From Octopus sinensis (taxonomy: Eukaryota), in the NCBI RefSeq assembly GCF_006345805.1, contig NC_042998.1, positions 83,328,001-83,392,000 of the forward strand: 64,000 bases of DNA. Direction: 5' to 3'. Each line of letters opens with the position of its first letter. The stretch's first letter is position 1. Shown piece by piece: positions 26,908 to 36,000 of the stretch. Made by a program: the position numbers and the translations under genes. The notes beneath the pieces were generated by a model. The model was not told where the DNA came from and ran no database searches. It saw only the letters and a list, made by a program, of their open reading frames with translations.

Positions 26908-29900
26908 GTGTCTCCTTATCTTGACATCATATGACTGTTGTGCATAAAAGTTAATTTCCAATATTCTGTGAAAACATGTTCAGCCAAGGGGAAATATTAA
27001 TTTACTTGAAAATAGGTGAGGGTTGGTGACAGGAAGGGCATCTGGCCATATAAAAAATCCATGCAGCATGGAAAAGCAGATTTCAGAAAGATGATGACAA
27101 TGATGATGATGAGGAGTGACCACACATAGGTTGTCTTGTTTAACTAGAGGAGCAAGCTGTTGTTGTTTAGCTCAAGGTCAACACTGAATGAGCAGACTTG
27201 TGATCAAAGACATTCCAGCCATGACCATCACATCTGATCAGATAGTATATCTAAGTCCATATTAACAGTTAATATGTCCTTTTGTAAGACAGTAGGGTGT
27301 GATGTAGAGTAAGATTTGACTGCTATTTTTAGCCAAGCAACTTCAAACAGCCCCCACCATCACTTCATGGGTCTAGGGTAACAAGGTGTCAAGAGTGACA
27401 TGGCACAGGATTAATTGTCTTGCAGTATTTAGTTCATGTTTTGAATCAAAATCCTGTTAGGCCTGACTATGTTACTCTTTTCCACAGCCCTAATCCATGT
27501 GACTAACCTCACACAAACAAGCTTCTACATGATCCTTCAATCTGTTAGAAATAGCAGCTAAATTTCATTAAATTACTCCCTAGGGCAATGCCAGTACCCC
27601 GTGCCGGTGACACGCAAAAAGCACCATCCAAACGTGGCTGATGCCAGTACCTCCTGACTGGGTGGCACATAAAAAGCACTATCTGAACACGATCAATGCC
27701 AGGCTTGCTTGACTGGCTCCTGTGCCAGTGACATGTAAAAAGCACCCACTTCACTCACAGAATGGTTGGCGTTAGGAAGGGCATCCAGCTGTAGAAACAT
27801 TGCCAGATCAGATTGGAGCCTGGTGCAGCCACTGGCTCTCCAGACCTCAGTCAAACCGTCCAAACCATGCCAGCATGGAAAACGAATGTTAAACGATGAT
27901 GATGATGGACACATACAATGTAATCCAAGGCATACAAAGAGACAAATTGCTGGAACATCTCTGATCATAGGTTTGCTTAATCAGAGCTGACCTGGGGTTA
28001 AACAACAGCAATAAGATCTCGTAGATGAGCCAACAAGGGAACTCTTCAAAACAACTTCATCCATATGTGCCCATAAAAAATTTCACTGTATTCAGATTAA
28101 GCGTTATGGTAAGCTTTCACAATCTGGGAGAGAAGCAGCTGTTAGCTACGGGTGTCAATTACCTACTGAACAGTCTGGCATTGATCACATTTGGATAGTG
28201 CTTTTTACATGCCACTGGCACGAGAGCCAGTTAGGGGGTACTGGCATCAACCACATTTGGATAGTGCTTTTTACGTGCCAGTCAGCTATTCAATACTCTA
28301 ACAACTCCACCAGTCCGTTATTCTAGTCAGGTATTTTATTTACTGCCCTCAGAAGAATGAACGGCAAAGCTGACATAGATGGAATTTGAACTTCCTGTCG
28401 CCAACCCTCACTGGTTTCCATGCAAGGTAGTATTTCCTCATGGAAGACTGGAAAATCGCTTGTATGGCAGTGGTGCTCATTTACAATTAATATATGATGT
28501 CAGGACAAGGTACATATGCACGTGCGACAGGCGTCAGTTTCCATCTACTACATCAATTCACAAGGCTTTGGTTGGCTTGGGTCGATAGTGGTAGAAACAT
28601 GCCCAAAGTGCCAAGCAGTGGAGCTGAACCTAAAACTACATGCTTGGGAAGCAAGCTTCTTAACCACACAACTATAAGATTATTTTTTAATGAATCAATT
28701 TTACATTATTCACATTATTTACAGCTGACGGATATTTGTCCTCATCTTGTTTGTTGTTAACACAACGTTTTGGCTGATATACCCGCCAGCCTTCATCAGG
28801 TGTCTTGGGGAAATTTCGAACCTGGGTTTTCATTCCTAAGGTATTTTTCGATGGTGTTGTTGTTGTTATTATTATTATTATTATTCAGGTCACTACCTGG
28901 CGTAGTGGTTAAGAGCGCAGGTTACTAACCCCAAGATTCCAAGTTCAATTCCAGGCAGTGACCTGAACAACAACAACAACAACATCGAAAAATACTTTAG
29001 GAATGAGAACCCAGGTTCGAAATTTTCCCAAGACACCTGCTGAAGGCTGGAGGGTATATCAGCCGAAACGTGTTAACAACAAACAAGATGGGGACAACTG
29101 TAAATAATGGTTAATATAGGGCGTAACAAATATCAGAAAATCAAAAAAAAAAATGTGTGTAATAGGTGTAAAACAACTTCCTATGAACGAATATGAAAAA
29201 AAAAATTCGCGCACGCGAAAGGGGGGTGGGGGAGAGGCCTCGGAAAATTCACATCGGGAAGTTCCGAAAGCGTCTGAGGAGCTGACCCGGGCACCAAAAC
29301 AAAAAAAAAATAGTGTAATATGTGTAAAACAACTTGCTCTAAACGAATATGACAAAAAAAATGCGCTCTCGCGAAAGAGGGGTGGGGGAGAGGCCTCGGA
29401 ATATTTATATCGGGAATTTCCGAAAGCGTCTGAACCGGGCACAAAAACAAAAAGAAAAACAGCGTAATAGGTGTAAAACAACTTGCTCTAAACGACTATC
29501 ATGAAAAAAATGCGCGCTCGCGAAAGCGGGGTGGAGGAGAGGCTTCGGAAATTTCACATCTTCAGTCCACGGCCTTTAAACTAAGAAAAAATAGTGTAAT
29601 TGGTGTAAAACTACTTGTTCTAAACGAGTATCAAAACACACACTCACACATGAATCATAAACTCCGTATTTCGCAAAAAAAAAAAAAAGAGAAGAAATTC
29701 TGGAAAAAGTGAAGAAATGTTGGATCTCATTCCTTGGTTAAAGCTATTTTAAACATTAAATTTATGCTTTTCTTTGAAATAGTTCAGATATATGCAATTC
29801 TTCTCACTTATTAAGATGCATATATCAGAAAAAAAGAGACAGAAAAAATTATTATTTTGTGTCAATCCTTCCCTAATTATCCTTTATTAATTAGTTTTGG

Positions 29901-32098
29901 CGTGTATTTTTTTCCCAAATTTATTTTTTCACCTTTACAACACTGTTTAGTAAAGCAATTAATTATCTTTATAATTTGCATATTTGACTTATTAATCAAA
30001 ATTCTCTTGATGTAATATATACTAAGTAATGCATCCTTCATTTATGTGTTCCGTTCTGTATTATGCATGCGTGACTGTTTGTATGTAAGTGTGTTTAACT
30101 GTGCACATGAATGTGAATATTAAAGAACATATTTATTTACTATGATTGTTATTTTCAGAACAAATAAATCTTTTGGCTGTTATGTTATTGATGTTATTAT
30201 TATTGCTAGTTAAAGGGTGGTGACTTGGCTGAATATTTTGAGTCTTGTAGTATGTAGTTGTGTTAGTCAATATTCTGAGTTCAAATCCAACTCATTTCTT
30301 TATCATCATTATCGATGGACCACTCAAAGAGGTATGTATACATTATCATTTTCGTAACATAATTTCTGTAGTATTTCAAGATGTTTCTGACACGTATTTT
30401 GATTCACATGGCGGAGATCCAACATTTCTTCACTTTTTCCAGAATTTCTTCTCTTTTTTTTTTTTTTTTTTGCGAAATACGGAGTTTATGATTCATGTGT
30501 GAGTGTGTGTTCTTGATACTCGTTTAGAACAAGTAGTTTTACACCAATTACACTATTTTTTCTTAGTTTAAAGGCCGTGGACTGAAGATGTGAAATTTCC
30601 GAAGCCTCTCCCCCACCCCCCTTTCGCGAGCGCGCATTTTTTTCATGATAGTCGTTTAGAGCAAGTTGTTTTACACCTATTACGCTGTTTTTCTTTTTGT
30701 TTTTGTGCCCGGTTCAGACGCTTTCGGAAATTCCCGATATAAATATTCCGAGGCCTCTCCCCCACCCCTCTTTCGCGAGAGCGCATTTTTTTTTGTCATA
30801 TTCGTTTAGAGCAAGTTGTTTTACACATATTACACTATTTTTTTTTGTTTTGGTGCCCGGGTCAGCTCCTCAGACGCTTTCGGAACTTCCCGATGTGAAT
30901 TTTCCGAGGCCTCTCCCCCACCCCCTTTCGCGTGCGCGAATTTTTTTTTTCATATTCGTTCATAGGAAGTTGTTTTACACCTATTACACACATTTTTTTT
31001 TTGATTTTCTGATATTTGTTACGCCCTATATTAACCTAAATAATTCCTCATCTCTTAAATATAGACCTGAATCAATTTTAGATTCCAAAATGTAATTATT
31101 GGATGCATAGCAAGAGCAACAGTTTAGTAGCTAAATTAATAAAAATGTTGTTTAAATATAGACAGGGACTCATCAACATCATGATGTGTCTGCCTAACAC
31201 ATTTGATAGTCAGTGACTTAGTCTATCTATTTGTAAATGGATCCCAAACAGTAAGGCACCAGCATTTAGAGAAGTGACAGGGAATTACTCTGATGTAAAC
31301 TGAAGAATGTAATCTATCTATAGGATGCTGCTATGATATTTTTAAAAAAGGTTAATAAAGTGTTATTGTGGGCAAAACTGTAGTCGCTCTTTATTAACAC
31401 TCGCTACATTTGGGTAGTTAATAACTATTCTTTGCCCAAGTTAATTAGTAATGTAAGTCGGCACCGAGATTAAGTCCCTCAAATTTCATTTTGTAGGAAA
31501 CAGTCTCACTTTTTTTTACCTGGAAAACACCGAATTTTAACAAAATAAGTACTTTCACTTTCATGGTGCCCTGGAAAGGAAGGCGCGCCATATTTTTAGA
31601 AACCCCTCATAACTTTATTGGTCGCCAGCAGAAAATATGATTATATGCTTTGTTTTTTAAAAAATTATAGTTGGAAATATTAAATTCAAAGCGGAGGTAA
31701 AGAATACGTACCCCCCACCAAGTTTTCGGCGTAACAAAAACCCTAACCCTAACACTGGGTGTACTTATTCTTTACTTTCGCCATTCATTTTCTTTTACAT
31801 TGGCACAATGTCCAAAGTTAATAAGGTAACGCTAAGGTGTAACATATTTCTTTAAAAAGCACAAATAACTTGAAACAAACTTTGAATGGCAACACGTGTC
31901 CTGAAACACGTTAAAACTTATAAAATAAACATAAGACAAAGACAAGATCGAGTGAACTGATAACAAAAATAATGGTGTACCATTGAAGTCTTCTTCATTA
32001 TCATCGACATCGATAACTCGATCGATGTCTTCTTCGTTTATATTTACAATTTCGTCTTCAATTTCTTCTAACCCTTCGTTCACATGGTTATTCTCCAT
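226..32098 (-). CDS. AAMP: Angio-associated migratory cell protein (WD40; Sqt1-like), spliced gene, 3'-partial
   Basis: Nine GT-AG exons join in frame to 987 nt (329 codons): 32098-31981, 24386-24288, 11935-11816, 9185-9046, 6749-6605, 4114-4031, 3124-3018, 2252-2170, 316-226. Acidic N-terminus, then motifs recognisable from human AAMP ([72 protein letters not shown]). Last exon(s) lie left of position 1. Confidence 0.93.
2170..2252 (-). CDS. AAMP: AAMP exon 8 ([27 protein letters not shown])
   Basis: gaacag acceptor, GTAGAT donor, 83 nt, phase 0/2 fits both neighbours. Confidence 0.88.
3018..3124 (-). CDS. AAMP: AAMP exon 7 (VHSECITCLDCHSDNNLVISGSSDLTCHITNINNGK)
   Basis: ttacag acceptor, GTAAGT donor, 107 nt. 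Confidence 0.92.
4031..4114 (-). CDS. AAMP: AAMP exon 6 (GKRLCAGFENGMMKIIELKDQTSLHSLN)
   Basis: ttacag acceptor, GTAAGT donor, 84 nt. Confidence 0.92.
4596..4944 (+). mobile_element. Inverted-arm insertion with a decayed variant hammerhead-like motif
   Basis: 13-bp TSD aataaattcttgc at 4583-4595 and 4945-4957; arms about 4596-4735 and 4752-4890; extra tail to 4944. Confidence 0.7.
6605..6749 (-). CDS. AAMP: AAMP exon 5 ([48 protein letters not shown])
   Basis: cttcag acceptor, GTGTGT donor, 145 nt. Confidence 0.95.
7343..7778. mobile_element. piggyBac-type MITE containing a nested copy (7490-7711) of a related MITE
   Basis: TTAA-CCCTT...AAGGG-TTAA termini for both the outer (TTAA 7339-7342, 7779-7782) and inner (7486-7489, 7712-7715) elements. 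Confidence 0.8.
8597..8938. mobile_element. hAT-type MITE
   Basis: CAGTGGTTCTCAACC / GGTTGAGAACCTCTG TIRs; degenerate TSD atgtagat/acgtaaat. Confidence 0.78.
9046..9185 (-). CDS. AAMP: AAMP exon 4 ([47 protein letters not shown])
   Basis: tttcag acceptor, GTAGGT donor, 140 nt. Confidence 0.95.
9327..9703 (+). mobile_element. Helentron-associated (HINE/DINE-1-like) non-autonomous element
   Basis: 5' palindrome ccccgcc-ttagcgaa-ggtgggg, (GTTT)n tract, 3' ccttggcagagg plus short stem-loop gcactc-tct-gagtac; reverse copy at about 12144-12500; class assignment by architecture only. Confidence 0.6.
11816..11935 (-). CDS. AAMP: AAMP exon 3 ([40 protein letters not shown])
   Basis: tgcag acceptor, GTACGA donor, 120 nt, WD40 motif. 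Confidence 0.92.
12017..12619. mobile_element. hAT-type MITE with a nested Helentron-like element
   Basis: Perfect 8-bp TSD atctaaac at 12009-12016 and 12620-12627; CAATGGCTCTCAAC / GTCGAGAACCACTG termini. Confidence 0.82.
14200..15025 (-). mobile_element. Mariner-family remnant, internally deleted, interrupted by a piggyBac-type MITE
   Basis: KANVKFCIKLGKSAAKTLSMLQQAY..FEWH..FQSGRISLED; WFLYNDNAPCH; TIR-like sequence at about 14990-15025. Confidence 0.8.
14633..14851. mobile_element. piggyBac-type MITE, same family as 7490-7711
   Basis: TTAA flanks at 14629-14632 and 14852-14855; CCCTTT/AAAGGG termini. Confidence 0.82.
15270..16710 (+). mobile_element. RTE-clade LINE RT fragment, decayed
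   Basis: [50 protein letters not shown]; many stops. Confidence 0.88.
18163..19693 (+). mobile_element. RTE-clade LINE 3' portion with 3'UTR and (GAT)n tail
   Basis: [21 protein letters not shown]; KGRLYDACVQTAILHSSETW; [12 protein letters not shown]; tail at about 19675-19693. Confidence 0.9.
20155..20480 (+). repeat. (GTCT)n-headed repeat with two about 135-bp internal tandem units (HINE-like)
   Basis: aaacttgagaactacacaacc...catgccttacttagggtcc...cccatagcaatatc occurs twice. Confidence 0.5.
21000..21875 (+). mobile_element. Same family (copy A), left arm interrupted by a SINE at about 21151-21537
   Basis: A box 21604-21614, B box 21649-21658; CTGATGA 21762-21768, GGCTG/CAGCC stem, GAAA 21790-21793; mirrored arm at about 21000-21150 plus 21539-21591. 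Confidence 0.72.
23183..23405 (-). mobile_element. Second SINE family, young CpG-rich copy
   Basis: B box GTTCAAATTCC followed by gaggtcgacttagcctttcatcctctcggggtcgataaattaagtaccag; decayed copies throughout the window. Confidence 0.75.
24288..24386 (-). CDS. AAMP: AAMP exon 2 (DITEDAGAEGEIEDVEMFEPVSDSSKLTFEKHT)
   Basis: tttttcaag acceptor, GTAAGT donor, 99 nt, phase 1/1. Confidence 0.88.
26391..26474. repeat. Long (TA)n microsatellite inside a SINE
   Basis: About 80 bp of near-pure TA repeats; similar tracts at 10590-10640 and (GT)n at 26865-26905. Confidence 0.95.
28704..31067 (+). mobile_element. tRNA-headed, hammerhead-bearing inverted-arm retroelement (copy B), split by a foldback insertion at 29109-31036
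   Basis: 13-bp TSD tgaatcaatttta at 28691-28703 and 31068-31080; left arm about 28704-28900 is the reverse complement of the right arm; A box 28898-28908, B box 28943-28952; hammerhead motifs at 28759-28803 (-) and 29032-29074 (+). Confidence 0.75.
29109..31036. mobile_element. Non-autonomous foldback-type DNA transposon (1928 bp, about 620-bp TIRs; Merlin-like termini)
   Basis: Near-identical inverted arms 29109-29728 and 30414-31036; 8-bp flanking duplication TAAATAAT at 29101-29108 and 31037-31044; GG termini; about 150-bp internal sub-repeats; no ORF in the 685-bp spacer. Confidence 0.85.
31981..32098 (-). CDS. AAMP: AAMP coding exon 1 (MENNHVNEGLEEIEDE...EEDFN)
   Basis: ATG at 32098; 118 nt; GTACAC donor, phase 1, matching the next exon. 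Confidence 0.85.
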
Positions 32099-32802
32099 AT
32101 CTGTTTAGTACGGTGTGGAGTCAAATATAGTTCCGATATTAAAAAAAGACTAAACAATCTATTGTATTGCTCTAATAAAATTTAAAGACGTTTTCAAATT
32201 TTTTTTTTCATATTTTATTCAATTTTTATGTTTATAATTCAGTTGTTGTTATTAATTTTGTTTTTATTATCGTTGGCGGTGGTGGCGCAGGCGACGGTCT
32301 TCGTCATCTCCGATCAAGTAGACCCATGATCGAGACATTCCTGATGTAACGATCTTGATTTCTTTTTTTTTTTTTTTTCAAATACAGTGTATCTAGATTC
32401 TGAAATCATAATATGGTATGGTGTAATTTTAAAGAGATTTAGCTGCTGTTTCTAGCAGAGCCAGAGACCACATAGAGGCTCCATCGTTGTTTAGAGGACG
32501 TTGTGATTGTGTGAACTCTTTGCGTAACTCTCCCTAACTTGTGGTGTGTGAACTCTTTGCGTAACTCTACCTAACCGGTGCTCGCCACGCTGTGTTATTT
32601 ATTTTTCATTGATTGGAAGTATTTTTCATTACTCTCACAAGTACCACTCATGAATTTAATCAACGTCAAGCGAATCACCCTGATTACGAAAATCAGCTAG
32701 TCAACAGTTCTCTTCATCTTATCAAAGTTAAGCGATACAAAGTTGAAGGCGTATTGAGAACGTGCATAAACACAAGCAATTAAAAAGCGACCAGAACTTA
32801 AG
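32099..32802. promoter_or_regulatory. Putative bidirectional promoter / 5'UTR region shared by AAMP and FOXRED1
   Basis: Divergent ATGs 704 bp apart; locally CpG-richer (e.g. about 32270-32345); TSSs not visible from sequence. Confidence 0.65.
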
Positions 32803-33093
32803 ATGTTCGCTCGAAAATTACTTGTAAGGTGTTACTGCAGCACTAAAAACGGCAACAAGCCTCCAGTACCACATTTTTCTGCTGCGGGAAGTCATAGATC
32901 GCCGTGGAAGATCTTGAAGGACGAATTTAAATCGATTAAAGATGGTAATTTGGAAATACCGGAGCAGAAAGTACCCCGAGAATCTGATATTGTTATCATT
33001 GGGGGTGGGCTTATGGGATCGTCTGTGGCTTATTGGCTCAAACAAAGAAATCCGAAAGCCTATGAAATTACTGTTGTTGAAAGAGATCCATCG
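32803..33093 (+). CDS. FOXRED1: FOXRED1 exon 1 (MFARKLL...[16 protein letters not shown]...VVERDPS)
   Basis: ATG at 32803, GxGxxG FAD-binding motif, GTAAGA donor, 291 nt. Confidence 0.93.
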
Positions 33094-36000
33094 GTAAGAA
33101 TTGATTTTTTTTGTTTGATTTGTTGGGTATATTGGGATCATGTCACTTGTTTTTTTTTTTTAAGAATTCACAGCTAAAGTGTCGGTTATAGAGGGGTATT
33201 TACTAGGTGGCCCATCACCATTTAAAAAATTAAAACACCGAATTACAGAAAGCAAAACATTATACTATAAGTAATGTATGTATGTACGTATGTAACAGAG
33301 TTATCTAATGCACCTGTCAATGAAAATAGCCTCCCGTATCCAGTGAATTTTGTGATGCTTGATACTGTAGTATTTTACGTATATATTACCAAGGGAACCG
33401 ACTTGGATATCTACGTCAGGGTACGGCAAAAGTGAAGTGGAATTTTTACGACCAAATTTCGGATCGAAGTTGTTTATTATTATTTATTACACGATATTAT
33501 TGATTGTATATAGGAGAGAAAGATATGGCATAGGAAACTGACTTTCCATCCCCACGAGCATTTGTAGTGTAATTAAAGTGAGATTTAACTAAAAACCGAA
33601 TCCAGACTATTAACTCAGCCCGACTGGAGCTTGCCTCAATCAGTAGCACTCTAAGCGCTAATGTGCTCAATTACTGATGCGTTCGTGCAAGACAGTGCTC
33701 AATGTAGCAATTATTGAGAATAGCGTACTGTTTTCACTTTTGTAAATTTCAGCATTCTTTTCAAATTTGCAAACTTTTCATTTCATCTTCTCAAAACAGC
33801 GATATCAACAACAGCAATAATAGTAGTAGTAGTAGTAATAATAATAATAAATGCCCTGATGCAGTACCAGGCAGTGGCTTTCATGGCATCTGATCTTAAA
33901 CTGATTGGAAGTGTTATCATGTACATTGTTTTGTCTTGGTATAAAATATGGGCTACAGCAAATATTCTGCTCAATACCACAAATTTGCTTTTCAGTTGTT
34001 TGACCGTAACCATTTGAGCATGTCCCTTAGTGGTTGATGATATGTGCATCTCTGATCACAAGCAGAAGTAGTGGGGGAGTATCATAGCCATGTGTTGAGA
34101 GGGATTCTTAGCGGTTTGAATAATTCACCTCTGGAAACATGGGTGTTTCAGTCAACACCCTTAAACAACCCTTATTCAGGGACCTTTTGAGTGAGATAGG
34201 TTACTCGACCAGAAGAAAATTCTAACTGGACCCCACCTGCAAGGTCATGTGCTGTTTATCTTGATATGAGATCACCATGTCGCGCACATATAGTTTGTGA
34301 TGCATGTACCCTTATCAGACGGGTAGTCATGATGGGTATACTGGGCTTCGTATATTTTACCCCAGTGTCACTTTGATGGCATGCACTGCTCTCTCACATA
34401 ATAATAATAATAATAATAATCCTTTCCACTGAAAGCACAAAGCCTGGAATCTGAGGGGAGGTTGAAAGTCAATCACATCGACCGCAATATTTGATTGGTA
34501 CTTATTTTATCGACCCTGAAAGGATTAATAATCCTTTCTACTATGGGCGCAAGACCTGGAATTTGGGGGGGGATGGTTAAGTCGATTACATCGACACCAG
34601 TACTCCATTGGTCGACTCCGAAAGAATGAAAAGCAAAGTCGAACTCAGTGGAATTTGAACTCAGAACATGCAAGCACGCGAAATACCACTAATCATTTAT
34701 CACGGCGTGTTAACGATTCTAATGATAATAATGATATAATAATGAGAATCTTCAAGAAATGAAGGAAATATTGTTCGTATATAATGCAAGAATTTTTGGC
34801 CAGTGCCCGACCACTGCCTGGCTCATGCGCTTAGTTGGAAGCAAATCACCGTATGTTTGTATATTTGAACAGCAAATCGATAAAATAAACAATTACAGAA
34901 CACAAATAGTGGACCTTTACAAAACTAAAAGCTTTAGATAATTGAAAAGCATCGACAAAAGCGAAACCGGCTACATTATTTGATAGAAAGTCCTCAGCAA
35001 AAGTAAAAATGATACTTTATACGTTGTATTAAATCACAAATTTATAATGAAAACAACATACTCTTTTAACCTTGTTCTTATCCCATTTCCATGTTAAAAA
35101 CACACAGATGTTATACTCTACTATGTATGTATTTAGGACTCTTAGTTTCTTTTTTCCTTTATGATTGTCCGTAAAACAGTTACACGCATTCTTGGTTATA
35201 TTTGAAATTATTACAGAAAACAAATTATTAATATTTCGAATCCTTCATTTACCCATTCATTTCAATTATTTCATATTCATAAAACCATCAAATCAGTAAA
35301 AGTTACTGAAATATTGCCAACGAAATGGTTTTATAAGTAAAGTTATAGAAACAAATGTACATGGAAGGTTAAGTGTGAAATATCTAATCAGGAGTTTAAC
35401 GTAGCATAGATATTTAATCTTAATAACATTGGTCATCGGTTATGCCTTTAAAACTCATCAAAATATTTGCGTGTCAGCGCATACACATATGCATGTATAT
35501 ATGTATGTGTGTGCGTATGTGCATATATATATATTCATGCACACGTACCTTAAAGAGTGGTTCCTATTAGTCCTCTTTGGTCAGTACAGAGATGACGCTT
35601 AGGCTATCTCTATAGGAGATAATGGACATACTCTAGATAGGCTTAGGAAGGACCTAATTAGCATCCTTAGCTCCATGGGACTCAAGATTTCAATCGAGAC
35701 CAACCTTACCATTGTGAACTTTTTAAATGTTACGTTGGACCTACAGCGAACCAAGCCTCCTGCCACCCCCGCTATCGTGTTCAAAAACAAAGTAAAGGGT
35801 GTCAGCAAGAGGATTTCGAATCTATCCTCCAATCAAGAGATTTTCGATGCTGCTGCCCCCAATTACAATGAGGCTCTGGCTTCCAGAGAGATTAAGGTCT
35901 GCATCTCCAACATGCCTGGCCCTAGCACCTGCAAAGAAAAGCAGCACTATAAAGTCATTTGATTTGGCCCACCCTTTTCACTCAACATCAAGATCTGTAT

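Noticed and set aside
28898-28955. Possible bona fide tRNA gene
   Set aside because: A and B boxes are present, but there is no complete acceptor stem, the anticodon-position triplet (ACT) is atypical, and it is embedded in a repeated element. Treated as a SINE head.
29059-31095. Mirror-image ORFs (e.g. 29181..29450 minus and 30697..31095 plus)
   Set aside because: By-products of the foldback TIR modules, with no transposase motifs.
31739-31753. Telomere-like aaccctaaccctaac
   Set aside because: Only about 2.5 units; not evidence of an interstitial telomere.
33639-33730. Two adjacent hairpins resembling an H/ACA snoRNA
   Set aside because: No ANANNA hinge or terminal ACA box in the correct positions.
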